A stretch of DNA of 64,000 bases from Octopus sinensis (lineage: Eukaryota), in the NCBI RefSeq assembly GCF_006345805.1, contig NC_042999.1, positions 71,548,001-71,612,000 on the forward strand, given 5' to 3'. Below the pieces are notes generated by a model. It worked only from the letters and a program-made list of their open reading frames with translations, did no database searches and was not told the DNA's origin. Position 1 is the stretch's first letter. Each line of letters begins with the position of its first letter. The translations under genes were made by a program, and so were the position numbers. Of the stretch, positions 52,722 through 64,000 are shown piece after piece.

Positions 52722-54446
52722 TGTATATCTCTATAATTGTGAATGTATGTATTTATATAATAGTGTATGTATAAATATAAGTGTGTATGCATATAAGTAG
52801 ACACACACACACAAACATACGCGTCCACTCCCCCACACATTCACACATAGGTCTATAGGTCTATCAGTTTGGCTAGCATCGATGTATCATTGGGAAGCTA
52901 AAACAATGCAAAGAAACGCGTTGTGACCAGTGGTGTGTAACAACAACCGATAGTCTGGTCGATACAGTGATACAGCGATATATATACATACATACTTTCT
53001 TGCATGCGCAAACATACACTCTGCCCAAACATTCCCACATAGACACATACACGCGCACCCCGCAACACACATATACTAATATGGTGGTGCTGTATGGGAA
53101 CTTGGGTACTTTGTCTGTATAAAATTGCAGATAGTCAGTATTAAGAAATTTGAACGAAGCAAATTATATATAAATTTACCTTATTACACGAAAATATTAT
53201 CGAATTGAATGCGTTCTTTTGAGTAACTTTAGCCGTTAACATTGTAAAAAATGTCTCTCAACATGTATTTATTAGAATGCATTTATTATAAGTTGTATCA
53301 GTTTACAAGAAGTCTGAACGTAAGTCACTTCCTTTCCTTCACTTCAAGATAAGATGAAATGAACTCATTTTAACTTTTATTCATAATTCCCAAATAAGAA
53401 TGTTATTGGAAAATTTTAACGATATTTTAAAATTTAATTTACATCAACCGCAAAACATTTTCCTCTTTGTTCGTAAACATCACTTCTAAACTTTTTCTGC
53501 CTCTAAGTTGCCTTTTATCTCTCGGGATAATTTAATCTATTAGCCTTCATATAATCCCAGCTTCTCTTTAACCTCTTCCTTTCTTTCCTTTATATCGTTC
53601 TTCTTCTTTCACTCTTTACCCTATTGCCAACGATCTTTTGAACTATCTTTATTAGAGAACTGTTAAAATTTTTGTTTATAATGAAACCTTTCTTCCCGAA
53701 CTCAATTCTAATCTCTGAACTGTATTGTTATCTTCAGAAACCGTTTGTTCTTTCTCTCTTTCATACTGTATTCCTGTTTTCGTAAACACTTTCTCTCTTT
53801 TTCAACCACATCTCTATCCTCGTAGTACTTTGGGGGGAGGGTCGGTGGGGGGGGTATTTCTCATATAATCATACCTTCTGTCTAATTCAATCTTCACTTC
53901 ATAACGTTCTTTTTGGAAACCATTTCTTCTGTTTCTGAACATTTTTTTGTGTTTCCTTCACATAATCCAACCCATGTCATTATTACCTGCAGTTATTAAC
54001 TGGACACACTCCTATCCACGATATCAGATGTACCAATGTCTTGGTATGATGTGCAGACGGGGGTGGCAGTGTGGGCCTCCCTCATACACGAAATGGGCCA
54101 GCAACCGAGTAAAAAGCATACGCAACAGTTGTGATATGAGATCTTAATACTACTCAGAAGAAATGAACCATATAAGAGGATTGTGGAAAGGGTATATAAA
54201 GACACTAACACGCACACATACATAACTGTTGGAATTTTCTTTTTACATAAGAAGAGAATAAAACTTCTTATATAAATTTGAATTTCGGTAACGCATTAGA
54301 ATTTAAAGTATCTCCAGTCATTCCGCAAAGATTTTCGTTAGTAATTATTTCCACTACTGAGTGATAGTCTAACATTAATCTAATCTAAGTATATCTTTAT
54401 ACACACATATATATAAACTCTGACGTAGACACACAGGCACACACAT

Positions 54447-54506
<60 letters not shown>

Positions 54507-56462
54507 TATATATATATATATATATAAATTAATTAGTCGCAGAGATAAAATTTCTTGCTCTCTAGTAATAAAAGTAAAGAATCTGTTGTCGCTTATATCA
54601 AATTTGAATTTATTAAGCATTGACTTTAATATTTTGTTGGTCCAGCAAAGTATGTTTCATTTAGAAATAATTAGACGTCATGCATTATGCTTCCAGCATG
54701 TTTCTCGTTCAACCTTGGAAATAATTAGCTTCCTCGATTTTCAGGGTGTTTTAAATATAAAAGATTCCTCTTGCTCAGATTCATTTACATAAAATACATG
54801 CAAAATATTCTTTTACTGTAAACATTTGTTTTAATGGGAAAATGTACTTATGCGTTGCCTCTTAGCCCGCGTAGGTCTATGAGCTTTACAGATTTCGTAG
54901 GGTTGCTTGATTATTAGCTACGAACACAAGTTTCACATTTCTTGTGTGTGCATGTGGCTTCGAAGGTGATGGAGTAATGTGAGGAGAAGCCGAGTCATCT
55001 TTGCTATGCTCTATCGATTGTCAGTTTAATGATATAAATTACGCTTAGCTTTCCACTTTAATGGTTTTCAGAAAGAAATGTTAACTTTACAGTCTCATAA
55101 CGTTTGCTATAACATTATCAGTGTCGTGGCTCAATTTCATGGAAGTAGACACTAAATATCCATCAATGTAAATACAAAGAGCTATTGGGTTAATGCAACC
55201 CAGGATAAACGTTAAACTCTGAATATATAACATAAAAATAACGGTTGTACGCCGTTATTTTTATGTCGTTGACCATATGTCTTTTTGATGAGAGTTAATC
55301 TGAGTTAGCACAACTTTCTCTTGAAGTTATCTTCCTGTGTCGTAATTAGTGTTGTCTGATCTTTACTTATATACCCATGACCGGCCACTTTTAAGGATTG
55401 GAAGTAAAATTTTAAGCCTTTTATAGAGTTAATATGCTATCTAGAAAATATTACTATGCTGATGGAAAATATATTAAACATGTTGGCTTGAGAAAATCAA
55501 TGGCGCGTCAAACAAAATGCCAAGGCATTTCTCCTTGTTGTTTACATTCTGAATTCAAACCACGCCAAATTCGACTTCAGCAGTTCAAGGTCAATAAAAT
55601 AAAGGACCAATTCTATACTGGTGTAGTAGTCGACCATAACTGGCTTTAATCGTATTGTATCATTTATTACTCTGATGGTGGCTTATGGTTAGGGCTCTAC
55701 GCATCCTTTATATTGAGTGTGTATGTGTGCGTATATTTATGGCCTCTGATTTGTCTTAATGACAGATCTTTTGGCTATTTGGAAAAAATTTTCACTTCAC
55801 TATTCTTATTGCGACTCTTTATCGAGTGCTTCTGTTCGACAAGTTAATAGAGTCTGTCTGTTTGGTCATTTTCATGCTGCAAATCTTTCAGGTGAACTGC
55901 AGGATGTTTCTCCTACTGTTTTGATATCACTACATTGTCTTTCAGTGATTATATATGTACTGCACAAACGTTAAACAAAGGTCTGAAGTAAAGAACTCAC
56001 ATTTCGTAAGTAGTTGTAGTGTAAGTTAAATCTTAAACGATTGCAGTGCTAAGCTAAATCTCTTCATGTGATTATAACTAGGAAATCTTATACTTTAAAA
56101 GTAATAGTTCTTCGTTAATTTATATAAGGATGAATTTTCCATTGTGCGAGTTTAAATTATTACACTAATCGAAATGAGCGTGATAAAATAAAAGAAGCAG
56201 TATATTATCGGATTAAATTAATAAATCCGTTGTTTGCTGCTACAAAATGAGTGTGTGGTTAAGATGTGGGATTCTAAACTAAATCATTGTGGTTTCCATC
56301 TCATTCCACAGCCATTTAGACAAGTATTTTGTACTACAATGTCCGTCAACCTAATCCTTTCATTGGAAGAGAAATTTTAACAACGTTATGTGGAAGCACA
56401 GAGGAAGTGGGTTTCAAGTTTGGAATGTAGGTATAATCCATCGTCCTGTCTAATGCTATATA

Positions 56463-56528
<66 letters not shown>

Positions 56529-56578
56529 CATATATATATACATATATATATATATAATATATATATATATATACATAC

Positions 56579-56612
<34 letters not shown>

Positions 56613-57366
56613 ATATATATACATACATATATATATATACATATATATATATATGTATGTATTTGTGAATTAAGGCTAACATTCGTTTCATTTTAATAAA
56701 AGTGGGGAAATATCCTAATGTTTTAACCAGTTTTCAAGCCGATCACATGGAGAAATGTGCTCCACTCTAATTTGGAGAAGACAGCCTCGTTTAGTTCGCG
56801 GAGATTCTCGTGAATTCACGTGAACAAAACAGTGAATCAATGAATCAAGGGACGTTACTCTTGAGTGGTATTTTTGGATGTTTGTCTCCGTTTGATTTGT
56901 CTTTTGAGCAAACTGTTGTGTGATCAATTTGTTTGCCTTATTTAGTTTTTGTTCTGGGCATGGTCTTCTTATACTTGTTTGCTGAGGTAGTTCGTCATTG
57001 GAGCATATTTCTTCTGTGTGTGGAGTTTTTGTGCTATGTGTGTTCAGATTCCACGCTTAGGAAATGGGCTATCTTGGTGGGATTATCGCCATAGATAGTG
57101 GCTCTTTGAAATATTCGAGTGTAAAATATTGCTTCTGTATTCAGGAAGAATAAGTTTTGGCGATTTAAGATTTAACTTACCTTCCATTATTGTGTAGCCT
57201 TGTGTATTTTCATCCAAGATGTAACGGACTGGATAATTGTTGAGATATTTCTCCCAACTTGAAACCATCTGTAGCTTTATTAACGCACAAATAAAGTATA
57301 TTTGTGTGTGTGTGTATATCTATCTCTCTATAAATCTATCTATCTATCTACCTCGCTTTCTCTCCA

Positions 57367-57448
<82 letters not shown>

Positions 57449-58649
57449 GAAATATGATTGTGCGTGTGTATGCAATTATGAGTTGGTGTGTGTCTTGATT
57501 GTTGTATATTGTCGGTTAAGCTTAAATCTATGTGTAATTACCTATGTTCAGAAACATTCGGTTCATGACTACTCCAAAATTTTCCTATGCAAAATAAACC
57601 ACATTACCCAACACATAATTTTGTATGACAGAAGATTGTGATATGAATGAGTTTTGGCTGGTATTTCTCAATAGTCGAGCGATCATTGAGATGCGAACCT
57701 GCGCTCTGTTATTGTTTACCTTTGGATTAATTTTGAAGGAGCACACTTATTAAGTGTATTATAGTTGTTATCTCCATATGGGGAGACCTGAACATTATTA
57801 TTGATTATGTAATTTTAAGGCGGTAAACTGTTATTAGAAAAAAATTTAAGCTGCTCTGCCTATCACATAGAGGGCTTGGCTCATAAACTTACTTTCAACT
57901 GTAGGTCGAGATTTTTACAAAATTAATCAAACACATAGAGGCTTGCTAGCTGACTCGTTACGTAGGTGCTGTCTGTATACATGTGTGATTTTGCATATTG
58001 CTTATATGTCCGAAGGGGTATATTTATTTGTCACTCTATACATGTGTTTGTTATTTTTTGTTGCGTGTTTTTATGTCTGTTGTGATTTCGTGCGTACACT
58101 TAGTGTATGTTTGTGAAATGACTTGTGAGAAGAAACATGAAAACTAAGCTTGCATATGAAAGAAAAAATCAATGAAGGATAGAAATATTAATGAAATAAA
58201 GAAACGGAATTGAATTCTCTGATATTTGAAACGGAAAATATATTAGTCACAAGAGGCTTTTACAAATGTATAATTCGAACAAGAATAAATTTCTGCCAAG
58301 GAAAGAATACAAATGAGCAGAAATGACTGTCGCCGTCTGCAATTGACGCGTTTAAACAAAGGAAGTTGTGACAGACATGTCCGATTTTGAGATTATATGT
58401 ATATTTCTGATCGTATTTTTGAGAAATATGTAATTAAGACGTTTTATTTGGTTCGTTTCCTATGAAAGATTCTGTTCAAGCATTTTAGTAATTGTTATTT
58501 GATAATGTATAAGTTAAGGAGCAACTTTGTAAAAGAAGCTATTTTTTAAAAAGATGGTCCATATTTAAAAGACAAAATCGATCCAAAATTTCCCTTCTCG
58601 TTTGCTAGCTTAAAGCAAATATTACCAAATATCTCTGCTGCATATATAT

Positions 58650-58697
<48 letters not shown>

Positions 58698-59384
58698 GTG
58701 TGTGTGTATGTGTGTGTGTGTGTGCGTGTGTGTGTGCGCGCGCGTGTGTGTGTGTGTGTGCGTGCGTGCGTGCGCTGGTATGTTTTGCATGCTCTTACAC
58801 TGATTCTTTCAACCATGTTCTATCAACCACCATAATTTCATGAACGAGGACTCGCAAATCTTCATTATCCAATCACAATGCATCACTGTGATAATTGTAG
58901 ACATTAAGGCTCTATCGAGATTAAATACTCACCTTTGAATCACTATGACTTGCAGATCTTTAGCTCCTTAGTCCAAAGGGCAAACATATTTCGTCCAAAA
59001 TTCGAGGAATAATCATCATAACGGTCAAAGTTTGGGCCGTTCAAGTTATTATTAATACCATTTTGGTGCCGCTAGTTGTAACTAAGCTGTTGCATTTCTG
59101 TTTACATAATGTATAGAGTATCTCTTATAACACGTATATAAGAATTATAAAAAAAAACGGGCTTACTAGAGAACGTTGGTTTATAGAATAAACAGAATTA
59201 AAGGAGTGAACGAAGTTGCTCCTACGTGGCTGATTAACCTGCTAGAAGTGACTAGAAAATCTCATTTAATTAACACCCTGTCATCTTAGAATAGGAACGA
59301 TATACTGGAAGATCTAGTCCTAGTTGAACAAAAATTCAGGAGCACAAACGTAGAACACCGAAATATATATATATATATATATAT

Positions 59385-59437
<53 letters not shown>

Positions 59438-59475
59438 GTGTGTGTGTGTGTATCTATCTATCTGTATATGTGTGT

Positions 59476-59516
<41 letters not shown>

Positions 59517-59564
59517 ACACACACACACACACCACACACACACACACATATATATGTTCCAACC

Positions 59565-59755
59565 AGTCACCATGCTTGATCACTAAATCTACAGGATTTT
59601 TATTCTCTCTGTTTATTTTCCTCTTCTTCCTCTTTGATGAAGAGTGTAGGCTCGAAATCTTAAAATACTTTCTCACTTTCCTGGGCGTCAAACTAATACA
59701 CCTGCTTGTTGTTGATACACCTGTCTTCTCTTTTTTTTTGTTGTAAATTTCAAAT
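59565..59755 (+). mobile_element. Short repeat with hammerhead-like motif, subfamily A
   Basis: TTGATGA-A-GAGT-GTAG-GCTC-GAAA at ~59634-59656. The body aligns with 37131-37325. Confidence 0.6.
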
Positions 59756-59886
59756 ATATACTTACATTTACATACATACATGCATGCATACATATAAATA
59801 TGTTTGTGTGTGTGTGTGTGTTCATTAGATAACGATATAATCATTATTTTATATACGTAGTATATATATATGTGTATATATATATA

Positions 59887-59932
<46 letters not shown>

Positions 59933-59971
59933 CATATTTATATATGTGTACACACATACATATATATGTAT

Positions 59972-60023
<52 letters not shown>

Positions 60024-60025
<2 letters not shown>

Positions 60026-60357
60026 AGGGTAAAGACCCCCTTCGGTCATGAATGACCATGGGATTGCACCTAGAAAGTTATCCTCCTAGACACAAGTCTG
60101 GGCAAGGTTGTTTATGGAAGGCCAGCAGTCGCCCATGCATACCAGCCTCCCCTCTCCACGCCACCAGTGTTATCCAAGGGAAAGACAAAGGTCGATACAG
60201 CTTGGCACCAGTGACGTCGCAACTCATTTCTACAGCTGAGTGAACTGGAGCAACGTGAAATAAAGTGCCTTGCTCGAGAACACAACACGCAGCCCAGTCC
60301 GGGATTCGAGCTCACAACCTCACGATCGTAAGCTCGACGCTCTAACCACTGAGCCAT
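60024..60357 (-). mobile_element. Full-length tRNA-derived SINE with CORE-like segment and distinct tail
   Basis: Minus: TGGCTCAGTGGTTAGAGCG (A box), GAGCTCGAATCCCGG (B-box variant), GTTCTCGAGCAAGGCACTTTATTTCACGTTGCTCCAG, and a tail ..GACCGAAGGGGGTCTTTACCCTTT into (TA)n. Confidence 0.88.
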
Positions 60358-61085
60358 AAATATATATGTATGTATATATATATACTTTATTTAGAAGCAG
60401 CAGAAATACACAAGGTAGTTTACTGGTAAAGCACGTTCACTTTCAAAATGTTCGTTGTGTATTTGATAGACGCAAGATGGAAGATACGAGAATTTTTAAT
60501 AATCACTATAATTGTTTCCGACAAATCTACCATCGATCCCGTACGGAAGATACTTAACAACTGGTTCAGAAGTATACGATGGTGTAGATGTGTCTCTTCG
60601 GATAATAAAGAGATACTACTCGTTAAAATAACACTTCTCAGTTCGTGTAAAGAGAAGTAGCAAATTAAAGGATATAGTTTCATTTATATAGAAGATCGAT
60701 TTATAAAAAAAATAACAGATGCAAAAAAGAAACGAACACGCTACACAGCGAAAAAGGATTACTAGATATAACCGTTAACGGATACTGATGTATTAACGCC
60801 CTCGCCTAGCTTGTATGACGCATGTATACTCGTTCATACAAGCTTCCATAAAGTTCTAAGCATACGTTCACATAGCAAATTGAATAGCTATTTGATATTT
60901 ATAAGAACAGGGAGGTTAGAGCTAAATTTAACTCATCCATACTTTCTTTTACTAAGATGGGTTGAAACAATTTTTGTGATTAATAAGGATTTACGTATCT
61001 TCCATCGTTCGTCTCTCATTAACTATATATACATACCTACATGCATACATCCGTACGTACGTACATACGTACATACATACATATA

Positions 61086-61132
<47 letters not shown>

Positions 61133-61147
61133 ATATATAGGGGGCGG

Positions 61148-61335
61148 GGGAGAATTCACAAAATAAAAAAAGTCGAAGGCAGGTGGTGTAGAAAACAAAA
61201 AGAAGTATTAGTATAACGCTCGGAAATTGAAAAAGTCTTTAACGTTTCGAACCTACGCTCTTCCACAGAAAGGAACACAGAAAGAAACAAGGAGAAAGAA
61301 ATGTGTGTAGTAGCTAGCGATCTATCATGGCGAAT
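61148..61335 (-). mobile_element. Short repeat with hammerhead-like motif, subfamily B
   Basis: Minus reads CTTT-CTGTGGA-A-GAGC-GTAG-GTTC-GAAA-CGTT-AAAG (61237-61272). Confidence 0.65.
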
Positions 61336-61339
61336 CGAT

Positions 61340-61418
<79 letters not shown>

Positions 61419-62862
61419 GAAATCAACTTCTAAACAATGTATACATCTCTAATTTGCAAATTGATAGATGGAAGAAAAAAACGGCACCAATAGAGTCTTG
61501 AGAAACAGATTATATAGAAATAGCTGAGTAAGTCGTATATCGAAAGCATATAGTAACATTTTCTCATTTGAAATATTAACATAGCTAAAGAACTTCAAAT
61601 GAATTATAAATTTTAAAAACATATTGTACTATACATCTGAATTATTTAACATTTCCATACAAACCCACAATAATACACTTCCTTTCGTTACTAATATGCA
61701 TACCATAAGTTCATGTATATATCTTTCTCTCGCTCTCTTGTTGTGTGTGTGTCTGTGTGCGTGCGTGCATGCGTGTGTGTGTCCGTGTGTATTATATATG
61801 CTATATACATGACCATGTGTGTATGAGTGTCCGTGTGTTTAACCTCTTCACCAATGCCTCGAATACCAGGTTTCTCTTTCGCCAGAATAACAAACCACTC
61901 TGCACATACTAGAGATTCATCACATTACTGATTAAGTTAATACATCGTTTTGTTGTTGATACTTCCTTTTTCATTTTCTAACCTTAATTTGTTTCAAGAT
62001 TACAATCAGTGTCTTTTCTTACGAATGTTGTACAGTTACACTATCTTCTATTTTTATATATATAGATTAATAAATACGGAAACTTTACGCTCAATTTAAT
62101 TAAGATATTTTTGCCAGTATTGTAATTGAAATGTTTTGAAACTGATTCTTTAAAAATATCTGTGAATAATTTTTTGTTCAAATAATCAAAATAATAATGA
62201 CGATGATAATAACAACAACAACAACAACAACAACGCTAGTACCACCAGCAACAATAACAACAACATAAGGAAAATAAATTTCGTTTATATTTAGTTGCAT
62301 TTCCAGCGGAAAAAAGTGCTTTGGATTAAAAAAGAAACGTACTTACAAAAAGTGAAGTAAGTAATATAATAATTTGGGATAAATACACGTATTCAGTATC
62401 CTGAAAATAGAATGAATGTCCGTAATACGGAAATTACTAAAATATATGTATGCAGGCGATGAATTGGCAAATCATTCGACATCGAGCAAAATGCATTTCG
62501 TTAATTGTTCTGATTCTTTACGCACGGTGTTCAAAATCCGCAAAGGTAAATTTTATCATCCTGAATTCGATAAGATATTAGCAAAGACTGCGCTGAATTA
62601 ATTACATATATTGCTAATCTATGCCAACATGTTATGATCTAAGGTGTTATAGGAGAGCCGAATACACCGTTCAACGATGGATCTCCGACAACTAATGAAA
62701 TGACACAGCTTAGCTTTCGTTAATTCTATTTACCTGTAACAGGTTGATATTAATGCTATAACACATTCGCACACAAAGATGTACATGTTCATACATGCGT
62801 GCAAACACACAAAAACATTACGCCGTTCACTAACCTCCAAACACATTTTCTGTCTTTAATAG

Positions 62863-63007
62863 GTAATTCTATACAAAAGGGAAAGTGACTTGTCCTTTTG
62901 TAAACAACCGATATATAATTTGAGTTTATGAACAAAGCAATGCTGTTCCCATTATATATAGTTGTTTGTTTTCAATATTTTAATTATCTTATTTCCTTTC
63001 TTTGCAG
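62863..63007 (+). other. Candidate 145-nt exon with strong splice signals
   Basis: Branch point CACTAAC at 62828-62834, pyrimidine tract TTTTCTGTCTTT, first downstream AG at 62861-62862, and donor CAG|GTAAGT at 63007/63008. Confidence 0.5.
62928..63007 (+). CDS. Possible first coding segment, signal-peptide-like (MNKAMLFPLYIVVCFQYFNYLISFLC[R/S]...)
   Basis: ATG at 62928 has an in-frame upstream stop (62916-62918) and is open to the donor in phase 2. The hydrophobicity could simply reflect T-richness. Confidence 0.25.
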
Positions 63008-63244
63008 GTAAGTAAAGGTGACTTCATTCAATATGGTAAAGTATATTAAATACCATTATTATTTTTGCAAATTCAACATTTTCAAATGTAAATGAAACAA
63101 CTTCTCTTGAATATGCACAGCCATATGCACAATTACATACATACATACATACATACATGCATACATACATACATACATACATACATACATACATACATAC
63201 ATACAAACATACATACATACATACATACATGCATACATACATAC

Positions 63245-63903
63245 TTTGGATAGGATCGAGGCAAGGAAACAAGAACCCACCGTATGATTGAAACCATAAC
63301 CAATCATAATAAAAAAGGAGAATTAGTGGTATATTCCAGTGAAAGCCTCGATAAAATGTAAACACAACAGATGTAACATAATGATTTGGGATACAGAAGA
63401 GAAATTGTGTACAGTCGTGGAAATCAGCCAAAGATCAGCGACAAAAAAATACCGATACTGAACCTTTGAGAAATTTGCTATTTTATCCAGATTACAAGTT
63501 CAGGTTCATACTTGTAATCGTTGAGGCACTAGGATTTGTAACACATTGCCTAAATACCAATCTTGAAAAATTAGGCTTCCCAAAAACAGGGAGGAAAAAG
63601 CTGATTCGAAGACTACAGATCCAATTCATCACTGGAACTGTAAAAGTCTGTAAGACTTTCCAGAAGTTTATCATTCAAGTATATATGAGCATGACTAGAT
63701 ATGCAAATATATGCATAAAACATATACATAAAATAAAACATACAAATTTGCACATATACATACATACATGCATACAACATATATACAAAAATTACCCTCT
63801 TGATATTGAGGAAATTACCATGAAGGAGTCTTGGATCTAGGTTAGAAACCGCCTCTTTCTGTATTGACAAGAAATCTTGAAATAAAACAGAATAATGACA
63901 TTC
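63245..63903 (+). mobile_element. 5'-truncated RLE-type LINE 3' end, (CATA)n-flanked family
   Basis: Frameshifted W.IPVKASIKCKHNRCNIMIWDTEEKLCTVVEIS (PD..E-type nuclease region), then RNL..YPDYKFRFILVIVEALGFVTHCLNTNLEKLGF..QI..TGTVKVCKTF. The 3' UTR has internal (CATA) units, and (CATA)n lies on both sides. Confidence 0.85.
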
Positions 63904-64000
63904 ACACACACATACATGTATACATACATACATACATACATATATACATACATACATACATACACACACATACGTACATAAAGACATACAAACATACATG

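Noticed and set aside
53500-53950. Pyrimidine-rich block whose minus strand resembles a K/R/E-rich LINE ORF1
   Set aside because: Multiple stops and no recognisable motif. Compositional bias alone could explain it.
54020-54110. YQCLGMMCRRGWQC resembling the HERO KYQEL..C..GW motif
   Set aside because: The match is too short and no flanking motifs or UTR support it.
55946-56011. 60-nt candidate exon (TCTTTCAG|...TTC|GTAAGT)
   Set aside because: Short pyrimidine tract, weak branch point and poor exonic donor context. Too weak to list without RNA data.

Overview
This is AT-rich eukaryotic DNA with very dense microsatellites ((TA)n, (TATG/CATA)n, (TAGA)n, (TAA)n, (ACT)n, (CA)n). The SINE, LINE and microsatellite repertoire looks like an octopus (coleoid cephalopod) genome; this is inference from recognising repeat families, not a database result. 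No long conventional protein-coding gene is visible. Almost all ORF-track entries are microsatellite read-through, and the recognisable proteins are all transposon-derived. These are: a near-intact mariner (48910-50099), a full-length decayed Tc1 (20083-21347), two more Tc1/mariner relics, a CR1/L2-group LINE 3' end, and at least nine fragments of restriction-like-endonuclease (RLE) LINEs (R4/Dong-like, a HERO-like piece and a distinct (CATA)n-flanked family). The window also holds tRNA-derived SINEs with target-site duplications (TSDs), Helitron/Helentron-type non-autonomous elements, foldback/MITE palindromes, and four copies of a short repeat carrying a minimal hammerhead-ribozyme-like motif. 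Weak splice-signal evidence suggests the window may be the long 5' region of a + strand gene whose first coding exon could be 62863-63007. The most notable observations are: (1) TE families sorted by microsatellite class, including an apparently (CATA)n-targeting RLE LINE; (2) hammerhead-like motifs with a non-canonical core; (3) tandem AG|GT (recursive-splice-like) sites bracketing a signal-peptide-like mini-exon; (4) a ~785 bp near-perfect spacerless palindrome.
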